A model generated the notes under the pieces. The model made no database searches, was not told where the DNA came from, and worked only from the letters and a program-made list of their open reading frames with translations. The position numbers and the translations under genes are program-made. Of a stretch of DNA of 64,000 nucleotides, positions 55,020 through 63,803 are shown piece by piece; the stretch's first letter is position 1; the number at the start of each line of letters is the position of its first letter. This DNA comes from Gammaproteobacteria bacterium (lineage in GTDB: Bacteria; Pseudomonadota; Gammaproteobacteria; G965277405). Where the stretch lies: contig OZ255726.1 in the NCBI GenBank assembly GCA_965277405.1, positions 96,001 to 160,000 on the forward strand, read 5' to 3'.

Positions 55020-55343
55020 CTACAATATTTCCGTTGAGTATTGTGCAGGCAGAACTGGTAAAAACGGTTGTACCATAACGTTTTCATACACCCCTGCTGT
55101 AACATATGGATCATTATCAGCCCATTGTTGCGCCTGTGCTAATGATGCGAACGCAGCAATGATAATTGACCCTGAAAAACCAAACTCAGCTGGTTGCGGC
55201 GTATCGATAGCGGGATTAGGCCCTGCTACCAATAGTTTTCCTTGATCGAGTAAAACTTGAATACGCGCCAAATGCTCGCAGCGGACGCGCTGGCGCAGTG
55301 CCAGACTAGCCGCGACGTCAGTCGCTACAATGCTATACCACAT
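55020..55343 (-). CDS. yciI: YciI family protein
   Basis: MWYSIVATD...R..HLAR...LLVAGPNPAID...GFSGS...WADNDPY. Confidence 0.9.
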   Translation of the reverse strand: MWYSIVATDVAASLALRQRVRCEHLARIQVLLDQGKLLVAGPNPAIDTPQPAEFGFSGSIIIAAFASLAQAQQWADNDPYVTAGVYENVMVQPFLPVLPAQYSTEIL

Positions 55344-55398
55344 GTTATTTTCGTTCCTGTTATTCATGCATAGATGGAGTGAGTTAGTCAGGACCACC

Positions 55399-55457
55399 CT
55401 AGTTATCATCAGCGTTTTTACTCCGTCTCGTCCGTCATGGACTTAATCAGAGCTTCG
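55399..55457 (+). repeat. MITE right-end fragment
   Basis: CTAGTTATCATCAGCGTTTTTACTCCGTCTCG...GGACTTAATCAGAGCTTC. Confidence 0.8.
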
Positions 55458-55473
55458 TAATCTTTTTTTAATA

Positions 55474-55760
55474 TTATCTTCTATAAACCTCTCGTCTATG
55501 CCTCACCTTAACAACCAAAACATGTAGCTTTTGATCATCTCTTGCACACAACAGCCTGCACACAACAGCCTATAATCCCCTACCCTGAATTTATAAATTC
55601 GCGTTTTATCGCCTATTAAAGGTATTCAAGGTATTCAAGCTAACTTTGGATTGACAACCAATTTTTCTAAAACTGCCTTTTTAATTCTTGACTGTGTTGT
55701 ATCATCTAGCTTTTTAAACTGTTTTTCTGCTTTGTTTGAAAATTCAAACGTCCACGTCAT
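55474..55760 (-). pseudogene. RelE/StbE-family toxin pseudogene
   Basis: Manual translation gives MTWTFEFSNKAEKQFKKLD...NPKLA*IP*IPLIGDKTRIYKFRVGDYRLLCA, a frameshift, then RDDQKLHVLVVKVRHRREVYRR*. Confidence 0.85.
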
Positions 55761-55765
55761 ATTAG

Positions 55766-56017
55766 TTATTTTACGTTTCTAAAAACATCTGCAAAAGTCA
55801 CAGCCTTTTCACCAGAAGCTATAAATTCATCATGCGCTTGTTTAGCTTGCTGATAATCCTCTAAATCTTCAAGTTTTTCTCTCAATAATTGCTCTAAACC
55901 TGTTTTGATGTAGTAGCTTTTAGACCTTTCCTCAGCCCGTGAAACTTTGTTTAGCATCTCTCCTAGCTCTACGGGGATATTGGCAGAAACGTTTATAGAT
56001 GTAGTAGTCATAGTCAC
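55766..56017 (-). CDS. RHH-type antitoxin (RelB/CopG-like)
   Basis: Small protein with RSKSYYIK and LEDLEDYQ, immediately upstream of the relE pseudogene. Confidence 0.8.
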   Translation of the reverse strand: MTMTTTSINVSANIPVELGEMLNKVSRAEERSKSYYIKTGLEQLLREKLEDLEDYQQAKQAHDEFIASGEKAVTFADVFRNVK

Positions 56018-56057
56018 ACCTCATTAAAAAAATAAAGTCATAATACCCATAATACCC

Positions 56058-56094
56058 AAAAAAGCTGACGTTTGCGCAAACGTCAGTTTTTTTT
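56058..56094. terminator. Bidirectional terminator-like palindrome
   Basis: A-run, perfect 22-bp palindrome CTGACGTTTGCGCAAACGTCAG, then T-run. Confidence 0.75.
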
Positions 56095-56201
56095 GGATAA
56101 AATTTCTGTATTGCGAGGAATAGTATTAAGCGACACAGAAAACAACTAGAATGTATAGGACATTGTACACTCTACGCAGATGGTCAAGCGCATTTCATCT
56201 C

Positions 56202-56243
56202 AAGCTCTGACTAAGTCAATCAGTGCCTTAATCAGAGCTTCCC
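56202..56243. repeat. Minimal MITE (two TIRs, ~42 bp) overlapping the yciB stop
   Basis: AAGCTCTGACTAAGTC...CTTAATCAGAGCTTCCC. Confidence 0.75.
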
Positions 56244-56827
56244 TTATTAACTCCAGTTTTTTGTTCAGGGTTGACCTGCATGGGTCGACCCTGCGCTTCC
56301 TTTGGTAGATATTTAAAAATATACACGGTTTGTATAATCAAGAAACACAGTAAAATCCCCATCTGACCAAATAATTTAAAGTTCACCCAAAAATTTTCTG
56401 AATAATGCATCAACACATACGCATTAACTCCACTTGAAAATAAAAAAAAGATAATCCACATAATGCTGAGATTGCGCCACACCATACTTGGCAATGAAAT
56501 TTGTTTCCCCAATATCCGCTCAACCAACGGCTTGTTGCCAATACAATGACTGCCTAAAAATATAGCTGCAAATAAAGCGTTAATGACTGTTGGCTTCCAT
56601 TGAATAAACGCGTTATTCCGCAAAAAAATGGTCAGCCCACCAAACACCACCACCAACACCAGCGTGGCTAATTGCATCGGTTCAAGTTTTTTTTGTGTCC
56701 AATATAAATACAGCGACTGCACCAAGACCACAACAACCAAAACCACGGTTGCCCAATACATATCTTTGGTAATCCAAAATGTAATTGCAAACAACATCCA
56801 TGGGAGAAATTCAATAACTTGTTTCAT
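56228..56827 (-). CDS. yciB: Inner membrane protein YciB/IspZ
   Basis: EFLP, VFGGLT, FIQWKPTVIN and WVNFKLFG. Confidence 0.93.
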   Translation of the reverse strand: MKQVIEFLPWMLFAITFWITKDMYWATVVLVVVVLVQSLYLYWTQKKLEPMQLATLVLVVVFGGLTIFLRNNAFIQWKPTVINALFAAIFLGSHCIGNKPLVERILGKQISLPSMVWRNLSIMWIIFFLFSSGVNAYVLMHYSENFWVNFKLFGQMGILLCFLIIQTVYIFKYLPKEAQGRPMQVNPEQKTGVNKGSSD

Positions 56828-57411
56828 TATCTTCTGTCTTTCATTGCCAACGCCAGCGTTGACGTATCTAAATATTCCAATTCACTACCTTGTGGAATCC
56901 CTTGCGCAATGCGGCTCACAACACAATGCTGTTGCAACATTGTTTGAATATAATGTGCAGTTGCTTCGCCTTCAAGTGTTGCGCTCAGCGCTAATATTAC
57001 TTCTTGCGCATTCAGTTCATCAACCATTTGCTCAAGCTGCCCCAGCCCAATATTTTCAGGGGTAATATTTTCAATGGGCGATAATAGCCCTGTTAGCACA
57101 AAGTACAAACCTTTGTACATACCGCTTTGATCAATCGCTAATAAATCAGATGGTTGCACAACTACGCAAATCCGCGTCTGATCACGGGTTTGGTCAAGGC
57201 ATACTTCACAAAGTGATAGTTGTGCATAATTGCGGCATTGCGCACACTGATGCACCTGCTGTAACGTTTTACGCAAAATCGCGGCAAGATCCATCCCTTC
57301 TTGGCGATGCCTATGCAATAAATCTAACGCCATGCGCTGCGCACTTTTGGGACCAACGCCTGGAAGTATTCGCAGTGCATCAACCAACTGTTGAACAAGA
57401 ACTGGGAGCAA
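56827..57411 (-). CDS. recR: Recombination protein RecR
   Basis: LPGVGPKSAQR, C4 zinc finger, TOPRIM region ATLEGEATA. Confidence 0.97.
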   Translation of the reverse strand: MLPVLVQQLVDALRILPGVGPKSAQRMALDLLHRHRQEGMDLAAILRKTLQQVHQCAQCRNYAQLSLCEVCLDQTRDQTRICVVVQPSDLLAIDQSGMYKGLYFVLTGLLSPIENITPENIGLGQLEQMVDELNAQEVILALSATLEGEATAHYIQTMLQQHCVVSRIAQGIPQGSELEYLDTSTLALAMKDRR

Positions 57412-57412
57412 T

Positions 57413-57733
57413 TTATAGCGGCAGCTGAAACCCAGGGGGCAGCATTCCTGACACTGAAGACAATACTTCTTGGCGTTTTTTTTCTATCCGCGCAGTGGCA
57501 TCGTTGATTGCTGCAGCAACTAAATCTTCAATAACTTCAATATCCTCAGTCAATAGACTTGGGTCTATTGCTACATTGTGACACCGATAGCCACCATCAA
57601 TATTTACTTTAACCATACCTGCGCCGGCATCACCAACAGCTTGTTGCTGTTTCGCTTGTTGCTGCAAGCCCTCCATTTGTTGTTGCATTTTTTTGACTTG
57701 CTGCAACGCATCTCCCATGTTCCCATTAAACAT
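57413..57733 (-). CDS. ybaB: YbaB/EbfC nucleoid-associated protein
   Basis: GDAGAGMVKV and EDLVAAAINDA. Start is ATG 57733. Confidence 0.95.
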   Translation of the reverse strand: MFNGNMGDALQQVKKMQQQMEGLQQQAKQQQAVGDAGAGMVKVNIDGGYRCHNVAIDPSLLTEDIEVIEDLVAAAINDATARIEKKRQEVLSSVSGMLPPGFQLPL

Positions 57734-57754
57734 AATTTCTCCAAATCGTATTAT

Positions 57755-58045
57755 GGAATATCTGATGTAAGTCGCTGATGGAGCGAGTTTGCCTGCAATT
57801 GCTGATGATTGCAAGGCGCAGCGCGCATGCCCCGCAAATACTCCAAGGGATGCAACAACACAGCAAGCGTAAGCAATTGCCGCAAACCATCATATATTCA
57901 ACACACCGACGGGAAAAAAACGGTAATAACGTCGTTGCAGTACTTGGCAACACCCACAATACCACCAGTATTATCTGCGCACTGCGTCTAGTTATCATCA
58001 GCGTTTTTTCTCCGTCTCGCCCATCATGGAATAATCAGCAGTTCC
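57755..58045 (+). mobile_element. MITE, full copy between dnaX and ybaB
   Basis: GGAATATCTGATGTAAGTCGCTGATGGAGCGAG...GGAATAATCAGCAGTTCC followed by TTAG. Confidence 0.85.
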
Positions 58046-60010
58046 TTAGGTTTTTTTTATTGCATGTGTTTCTGTAATCCAAGCACCAGGAAACTGCTGC
58101 AAAATACTTTGCACATGGCTACTTGCTACGGTCATTTCTGCAACAGCCTGTTGACTTTCTGCTTGTTTTGTTTGCATGTATTGCGCAGGGCTTTGTGCAC
58201 TGGCGACAAACTCATCATCAACTTCGATACAATAATCAAACGCTGTGATAAACATTGAGCGAATCAACTCAAGCACTGGCTGCTGATAGCGTTCATCATC
58301 CCAGGCAACAAAATTTTTGCTACTCATGACCAGATGCAAGGTATTACCAGTTTGCAGCTTCAGCACACATTGGCGTAACAAATGGGTTTCAAGCCCGCCT
58401 TTTTCCGCTAATGCTGCGCAGGCTTTAATCCACGCGTCATTATTTATTTTTGGAAGTTCTGTGCTAGTTATCGCGTGGTCTGTGCCAGCACTGGCAGGGT
58501 CAATTTGAGAATGCTGTGCCGCTGTGCTTGGTGCTGGTGCTGGTGCTGGTGCTGGCGGTATTGAACCCACCTGTTTGTCGTTCGCAATATCATTTTGGGC
58601 AGTTGGCTTGGTCTGCTCAGTTGACGATATCACAGCATGCTGCGGGATTTGCTGCAAAGTTGTTACTGATTTTTCAGCAAAACCAGCGCTAGATTTAGCA
58701 GCGTTGCTGGCAATTGTGGGTCGTTGCTGTTGGAGAGGAGGTGGTGTTGCAGCGGGCTTTGTTGGCGCTGCTGGCTTTGGTTGTTGCTGTGGAGTTGTGG
58801 CGGCTTGGTGGATGTTATTAGGACTGCTGTCATCATCGGTGTGCGCTGCTGGAATAGGGTTGCTAGCCTGTGGCGTTGTTGCAGGCTTTACAGCTGGAGT
58901 TGCGATTGACGCTGCTGGTTGCGGAGCGGGCATGAACGCCAATGCGCGCAGCAGCAACATTTCTACCGCCATCATCGGGTTTGGTAGCAAATATAATTCA
59001 TCAAGCCCTTTAAATAATATTTGATAATACAGTTGGATGTCTTCTGCTGGCTTGGTAGCTGCGTAGTGCTGGATAAGTTCCTGCTCGCTTGGAGCAAACT
59101 TTTGGTCAGGCAGATCGGTAATTTGCATCGTCGCAATTGCTTGCAGCAATGCCAGCAGTGCTTGAATAACATCATGCGGATCACTGCCTGCGCTGGCGAT
59201 TTCCTCAGCAACGTTGAGCATGGTTTTGCCATCACCATCCAGCAACGCACGCAATATATTGTTGGCATGTTCCACACCAACAATGCCTAACATATCACTA
59301 ACTTCTGCTGCATTAACGCTACCATTTCCAAAGGCAATTGCTTGATCTGTTAAACTCAAAGCGTCACGCATCGACCCTTGCCCTGCTTGCGCTAACATGT
59401 CAAGACCCTGTGGTTCAAAGGTGATATTTTCTGCAGTTAATACATGCTGCAGGTGCTGGCGAATTAAATCAACTGCAATATGTTTCAAGTGCATTTGCAG
59501 GCAGCGTGAAACAATTGTGATTGGTAGTTTTTTAGGATCAGTGGTGGCAAATAAAAATATTAAATGTGCTGGGGGTTCTTCCAGAGTTTTCAGCAATGCA
59601 TTAAAACTACTCATCGAAAGCATATGGACTTCATCGATTAAATAGACTTTATATCGACCGCTGGACGGGGGATAGTAGGCATTATCGAGCAGCTCGCGCA
59701 TGCTGTCGACGCCAGTGTTAGATGCAGCATCAAGCTCGACCAAGTCTAAAAATTTTCCAGCATCAATCGCCTTGGCAACAGCGGTAGACTCGTCTGGTGC
59801 TGCCGTCACGCCTGCAGGGTTATTCACACACTTGGCAAAAATTCTGGCAATGGTGGTTTTCCCAACACCGCGGGTGCCTGTGAATAAGTATGCATGATGG
59901 AGGCGGTCATTTTCTAACGCATACGTTAATGTTTTTTTTACGTGTTCTTGCCCAATCATCGCTGCAAAATTTTTGGGTCTGTATTTACGCGCTAATACTA
60001 AGTAGCTCAT
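58046..60010 (-). CDS. dnaX: DNA polymerase III subunit gamma/tau
   Basis: LARKYRP, GTRGVGKTT, IDEVHML, SRC and a Pro/Ala/Gln-rich linker. Confidence 0.97.
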   Translation of the reverse strand: MSYLVLARKYRPKNFAAMIGQEHVKKTLTYALENDRLHHAYLFTGTRGVGKTTIARIFAKCVNNPAGVTAAPDESTAVAKAIDAGKFLDLVELDAASNTGVDSMRELLDNAYYPPSSGRYKVYLIDEVHMLSMSSFNALLKTLEEPPAHLIFLFATTDPKKLPITIVSRCLQMHLKHIAVDLIRQHLQHVLTAENITFEPQGLDMLAQAGQGSMRDALSLTDQAIAFGNGSVNAAEVSDMLGIVGVEHANNILRALLDGDGKTMLNVAEEIASAGSDPHDVIQALLALLQAIATMQITDLPDQKFAPSEQELIQHYAATKPAEDIQLYYQILFKGLDELYLLPNPMMAVEMLLLRALAFMPAPQPAASIATPAVKPATTPQASNPIPAAHTDDDSSPNNIHQAATTPQQQPKPAAPTKPAATPPPLQQQRPTIASNAAKSSAGFAEKSVTTLQQIPQHAVISSTEQTKPTAQNDIANDKQVGSIPPAPAPAPAPSTAAQHSQIDPASAGTDHAITSTELPKINNDAWIKACAALAEKGGLETHLLRQCVLKLQTGNTLHLVMSSKNFVAWDDERYQQPVLELIRSMFITAFDYCIEVDDEFVASAQSPAQYMQTKQAESQQAVAEMTVASSHVQSILQQFPGAWITETHAIKKT

Positions 60011-60453
60011 GGGCTTTGAAATAAATTATTTTGAAACTCAACTAACACGATAATCGCTATCAACAATATTGCTGGTATTTCATTAAAATAGCGAAAATAT
60101 TTTTCGGTTGTTAGCGGTTGTTTTGCCGCAAATTGCTTAATGAATCGCCCACAGCGCAGATGAAAAACCAGCAATAGAGTTACACAACCCAATTTAAGGA
60201 TAAACCACAACCCCAGACTACCGCCGCTGGAAATAAAAAAATGCATCAAGCCAATACCAGATACCACGGTCACCATCGCAGCTGGAGTCATTATTGATTT
60301 ATATAGTTTACGTTCCATCACGCAAAATCGTTGGTAATCAGCCTGTTCTTGTGCTTGGGCGTGGTATACAAACAATCTAGGTAAATACAACAATCCAGCA
60401 AACCAAGCGACCATCGCGATAATGTGTACCGATTTAATCGTTTGAAATATCAT
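60007..60453 (-). CDS. hemJ: Protoporphyrinogen oxidase HemJ
   Basis: KSVHIIAMVAWFAGLLYLPRLFVYH, MERKL and FRYFNEIP. Confidence 0.93.
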   Translation of the reverse strand: MIFQTIKSVHIIAMVAWFAGLLYLPRLFVYHAQAQEQADYQRFCVMERKLYKSIMTPAAMVTVVSGIGLMHFFISSGGSLGLWFILKLGCVTLLLVFHLRCGRFIKQFAAKQPLTTEKYFRYFNEIPAILLIAIIVLVEFQNNLFQSP

Positions 60454-61391
60454 CGACAGTCAACCATTATCGGCATGCTTTTTTGCCACAAAATGCCGTT
60501 GGCAGTGGTTTGCAGGGTTAGCTGCATATCTCCTGTAATATAGGTAAATTCATAGTTGTTAACCATGCTACGGTCCGTGTGTTTATTCCCATCCTTCACA
60601 AAAGATTGGGTTTTGGTGAATAATTTTTCAATAAGAGTCGCCTCGTCTTTTGGAGAAGCATCTGTCATTGTCTTGCACAGCGCAAATACTCGCGTTGTTA
60701 GCATGCCATTGGCAATAGTAGTGTATGAATCACCACAACGTGATGTTTGATACTGCCACGGTTTGCCATTTATTGCTACGCGAACATCCAGCAGGCGTTG
60801 CCAGCGCAAAATACTCGCAGGCAGGGCAACACGCACATCCTTCCACGCCCCATGAAAACTCGATGTGCAAAGGTTGTGATAGGCTTGGGTATGCACGATA
60901 CCTTGTTGTAATGAGCCGACCTCTATCTTTCCAGCAAACGCAATATCTGCCAATGTTGCCGCAGCAACGGTAAAACGAATTTTTTTTGTTATCCGTACTT
61001 TCGGGCGTAAATCGCGAAATGCATTTGGAAATTCGACGTCGTTGGTTTGGATAGTATAGGTGTTGCCGACAACAAAACCGTCCGCAACATTAATCAGGTG
61101 CGGGCCAAACCGCGAGGCGTCTCGATAGGTGCTCGAAACTACAACCCCAACATCCATGACCGCGCCATCTGCCGACATTTCCTGCGCCGTGAACAATTGA
61201 GCATACTTTCTGTCTGCTGCATATAAATCACCGCGCCACACTACCCCCAAGCTGTCTGCTGGAATCTCGGTTACTTGTGCATCAAAACCCAGCTCAAGCA
61301 GCTGGTCGCATTCGCATGCCAGCGCTGGGCTTGGTGCTACTATTAGCGTTAATAGCGTTAATGGATACAACAGCACCGTCACCTTGCTCAT
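60450..61391 (-). CDS. Hypothetical exported protein
   Basis: 313-aa ORF with signal peptide ending ALA-CEC; ATGA overlaps with both neighbours. Confidence 0.7.
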   Translation of the reverse strand: MSKVTVLLYPLTLLTLIVAPSPALACECDQLLELGFDAQVTEIPADSLGVVWRGDLYAADRKYAQLFTAQEMSADGAVMDVGVVVSSTYRDASRFGPHLINVADGFVVGNTYTIQTNDVEFPNAFRDLRPKVRITKKIRFTVAAATLADIAFAGKIEVGSLQQGIVHTQAYHNLCTSSFHGAWKDVRVALPASILRWQRLLDVRVAINGKPWQYQTSRCGDSYTTIANGMLTTRVFALCKTMTDASPKDEATLIEKLFTKTQSFVKDGNKHTDRSMVNNYEFTYITGDMQLTLQTTANGILWQKSMPIMVDCR

Positions 61392-62326
61392 GCTGTTGAT
61401 AACACGCTATTCCAAAATAATGCTGCTATATCTACGCCAGAATCACGAGTAACTTCTCGTATTCCCGTTGGGCTGGTAACGTTAATTTCTATTAAATATT
61501 TACCAATAATATCAATGCCAACAAGGTGCAGTCCTTTTCCTTGCAATTGATCCCCTACAACTGTTGCAATTTCACGGTCTCGAGTGCCAAGTGGCTGGGT
61601 GACGCCTACCCCACCTGCTGCTAAATTTGCTCTTGCCTCATGCGGTAGCGGAACACGCGCCAAGCAATATGCAACTGGTTCACCGTCAATCAACAACACA
61701 CGTTTATCGCCTTGAGCTACGGCAGCAATATACTGTTGCATCATTATCGCAACGTGGCCATCAGCGCTCAGCAGCTCAATTGCCGAATGCGCGTTATCAT
61801 CGTTGGGTTTAATGTGGAGAATCCCTTTGCCTCCCATCCCATCAAGCGGCTTGATAATAACATCACGCCACTGTTGGTATTGTCCGTATAACTCAGCCAT
61901 GTTGCTGCTTACCAGTGTGTCGGGTGCAAACTTTGCAAAATGGCACGAATAAATTTTTTCATTATAATCTCGGAGCATTTGTGGGTTATTCACCACCGTT
62001 GCTCCTTGGAGTTCAGCAAGTGACAGCACATGGGTGTTATATAAAAACTGGGCATTGAATGGCGGGTCCTGGCGCATCAAGATAATGTCAAATTCAGCTA
62101 ATTTTCGCTGTTGTGGCGCTGCAACAGTGTAAAAATCTGCAGCATCTGCACGCACAGTCAGCGCTTGGCTTATTCCTTGCGCGTAGCCTAAGTGAATTGT
62201 AAGCGTGCTCTTTTCGATATAATGCAGCTCAAAGCCTAGCTTTGCCGCCTCAAATAACAGCCCAAGCGTTGTGTCTTTAATGTACTTGACCCGCGCTATC
62301 GAGTCCATCACCACCGCAACACGCAT
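61388..62326 (-). CDS. gshB: Glutathione synthetase
   Basis: MRQDPPF, KPLDGMGG, GDKRV, RANLAAGG and EINVTSPT. Confidence 0.97.
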   Translation of the reverse strand: MRVAVVMDSIARVKYIKDTTLGLLFEAAKLGFELHYIEKSTLTIHLGYAQGISQALTVRADAADFYTVAAPQQRKLAEFDIILMRQDPPFNAQFLYNTHVLSLAELQGATVVNNPQMLRDYNEKIYSCHFAKFAPDTLVSSNMAELYGQYQQWRDVIIKPLDGMGGKGILHIKPNDDNAHSAIELLSADGHVAIMMQQYIAAVAQGDKRVLLIDGEPVAYCLARVPLPHEARANLAAGGVGVTQPLGTRDREIATVVGDQLQGKGLHLVGIDIIGKYLIEINVTSPTGIREVTRDSGVDIAALFWNSVLSTA

Positions 62327-62327
62327 A

Positions 62328-62894
62328 CTAACAGCGAGAAATATACGCGCCGCTGCGCGTATCTATTTTTAAAACTTCACCAATTTCTATAAAAAGAGGC
62401 ACCTTTACGACTGAACCTGTAGCCAACGTAGCCGGTTTTGTGCCGCCACTGGCGGTGTCACCACGCAGCCCTGGGTCGGTATCCGTCACCGCTAAATTCA
62501 CAAAATTTGGTGGTTCCACCGCTAACGGCGCACCGTTGAACAAGGTAACAGTGCATTGATCTTCTGCACTAATCCATGGGGATGCACGCGCTACGGCTGT
62601 GGCATTCGCTACGTATTGTTCATAACTGCCATCCATTGCCATGAAATACCATAGTTGGTCATCAGCGTATAAAAACTGCATTTCTAAATTTATAACGTCG
62701 GCAATATCAAGACTTTCGCCAGATTTGAATGTTCGCTCCCAAACTTTATCAGTACGTAAATTACGCAATTTAACGCGGACAAATGCCTGTCCTTTGCCAG
62801 GTTTCACAAACACGTGTTCCAGCAGTGAACAAGGATCTCCATCAATCATTACTTTCAAGCCGTTTTTAAAATCATTTGTCGAAACTTTAGCCAT
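62328..62894 (-). CDS. efp: Elongation factor P
   Basis: [17 protein letters not shown] and KVPLFI. Confidence 0.98.
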   Translation of the reverse strand: MAKVSTNDFKNGLKVMIDGDPCSLLEHVFVKPGKGQAFVRVKLRNLRTDKVWERTFKSGESLDIADVINLEMQFLYADDQLWYFMAMDGSYEQYVANATAVARASPWISAEDQCTVTLFNGAPLAVEPPNFVNLAVTDTDPGLRGDTASGGTKPATLATGSVVKVPLFIEIGEVLKIDTRSGAYISRC

Positions 62895-63087
62895 GGATGC
62901 CTCGTAGAGTAAATATCAAAGATCTGTTTACCAAATAAAAATATAGCATGGAACGTATTACGCAACATGCAGCGTCTATTACCCGCAATCGCTTTAATTG
63001 TAAATGCAGTCATTTTGTGATTATCATACCCATACAACGCATGAAAACTACTGCACTTGTAAAACTATATGCTACGATGCCACAAGC

Positions 63088-63164
63088 GCGCCCGTAGCTC
63101 AGTTGGATAGAGCGCCTGGCTACGAACCAGGAGGTCAGGAGTTCGAATCTCTTCGGGCGCACCA
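63088..63164 (+). tRNA. tRNA-Arg(ACG)
   Basis: Acceptor stem GCGCCCG/CGGGCGC, D-arm TAGCTCAGTTGGATAGAGC, anticodon ACG at 63122-63124, GTTCGAATC T-loop and encoded CCA. Confidence 0.97.
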
Positions 63165-63191
63165 ACAATAAATCAAAACGAACACCCTCTT

Positions 63192-63803
63192 TTGGATGCC
63201 AATATACGACTCATGCACCAGCATTTTCAAGATATTATTTCTGCAAGCATCGCTACCAAACAACAGTCAGCCACGGTGCTTGAGAATGATTTTTGCAACG
63301 CTGTTGCTGTTCTCGTTGCCGCATTACAAAACGATAAAAAAATTATGATATGCGGCAACGGCGGCAGTGCTGCAGATGCGCAACATTTTGCTGCAGAGCT
63401 TGTCAATCGCTTTGAAGTAGAACGACCACCTCTCGCTGCCATTGCATTAACCACAGATACATCGACGCTCACATCGATTGCCAATGATTATTCCTATAGT
63501 GAAATATATTCAAAACAAATTGCAGCAATCAGCAGTGTTGGTGATGGACTCATCGCAATTTCCACTAGCGGTAACTCTGAAAACATCAATATGGCAATCC
63601 AAGTTGCTCAGCAAAAAGGAGTTAAAGTCATTGCTTTAACTGGGAAAGATGGCGGCATACTGCGTGGTTTTTTGCAACAAGGAGATGTTGAATTATGCGT
63701 CCCCAGCAATTCTACGGCACGAATCCAAGAAATGCATATCGTCATTTTACACGCATTGTGTGATGCGATTGATAGAGCACTATTCCCTGCATTATTCGAG
63801 TAA
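63192..63803 (+). CDS. gmhA: Phosphoheptose isomerase / DiaA SIS-domain protein
   Basis: CGNGGSAADAQHFAAEL, IANDY, ISTSGNS and RIQEMH. GmhA versus DiaA cannot be resolved by eye. Confidence 0.8.
   Translation: MDANIRLMHQHFQDIISASIATKQQSATVLENDFCNAVAVLVAALQNDKKIMICGNGGSAADAQHFAAELVNRFEVERPPLAAIALTTDTSTLTSIANDYSYSEIYSKQIAAISSVGDGLIAISTSGNSENINMAIQVAQQKGVKVIALTGKDGGILRGFLQQGDVELCVPSNSTARIQEMHIVILHALCDAIDRALFPALFE

Noticed and set aside
58500-58930. Low-complexity PAPAPA repeats in dnaX as a novelty
   Set aside because: A variable Pro/Ala-rich linker is normal for DnaX tau.
63088-63164. tRNA-Arg as an island attachment site
   Set aside because: No duplicated tRNA 3' end was seen and it is flanked by core genes.
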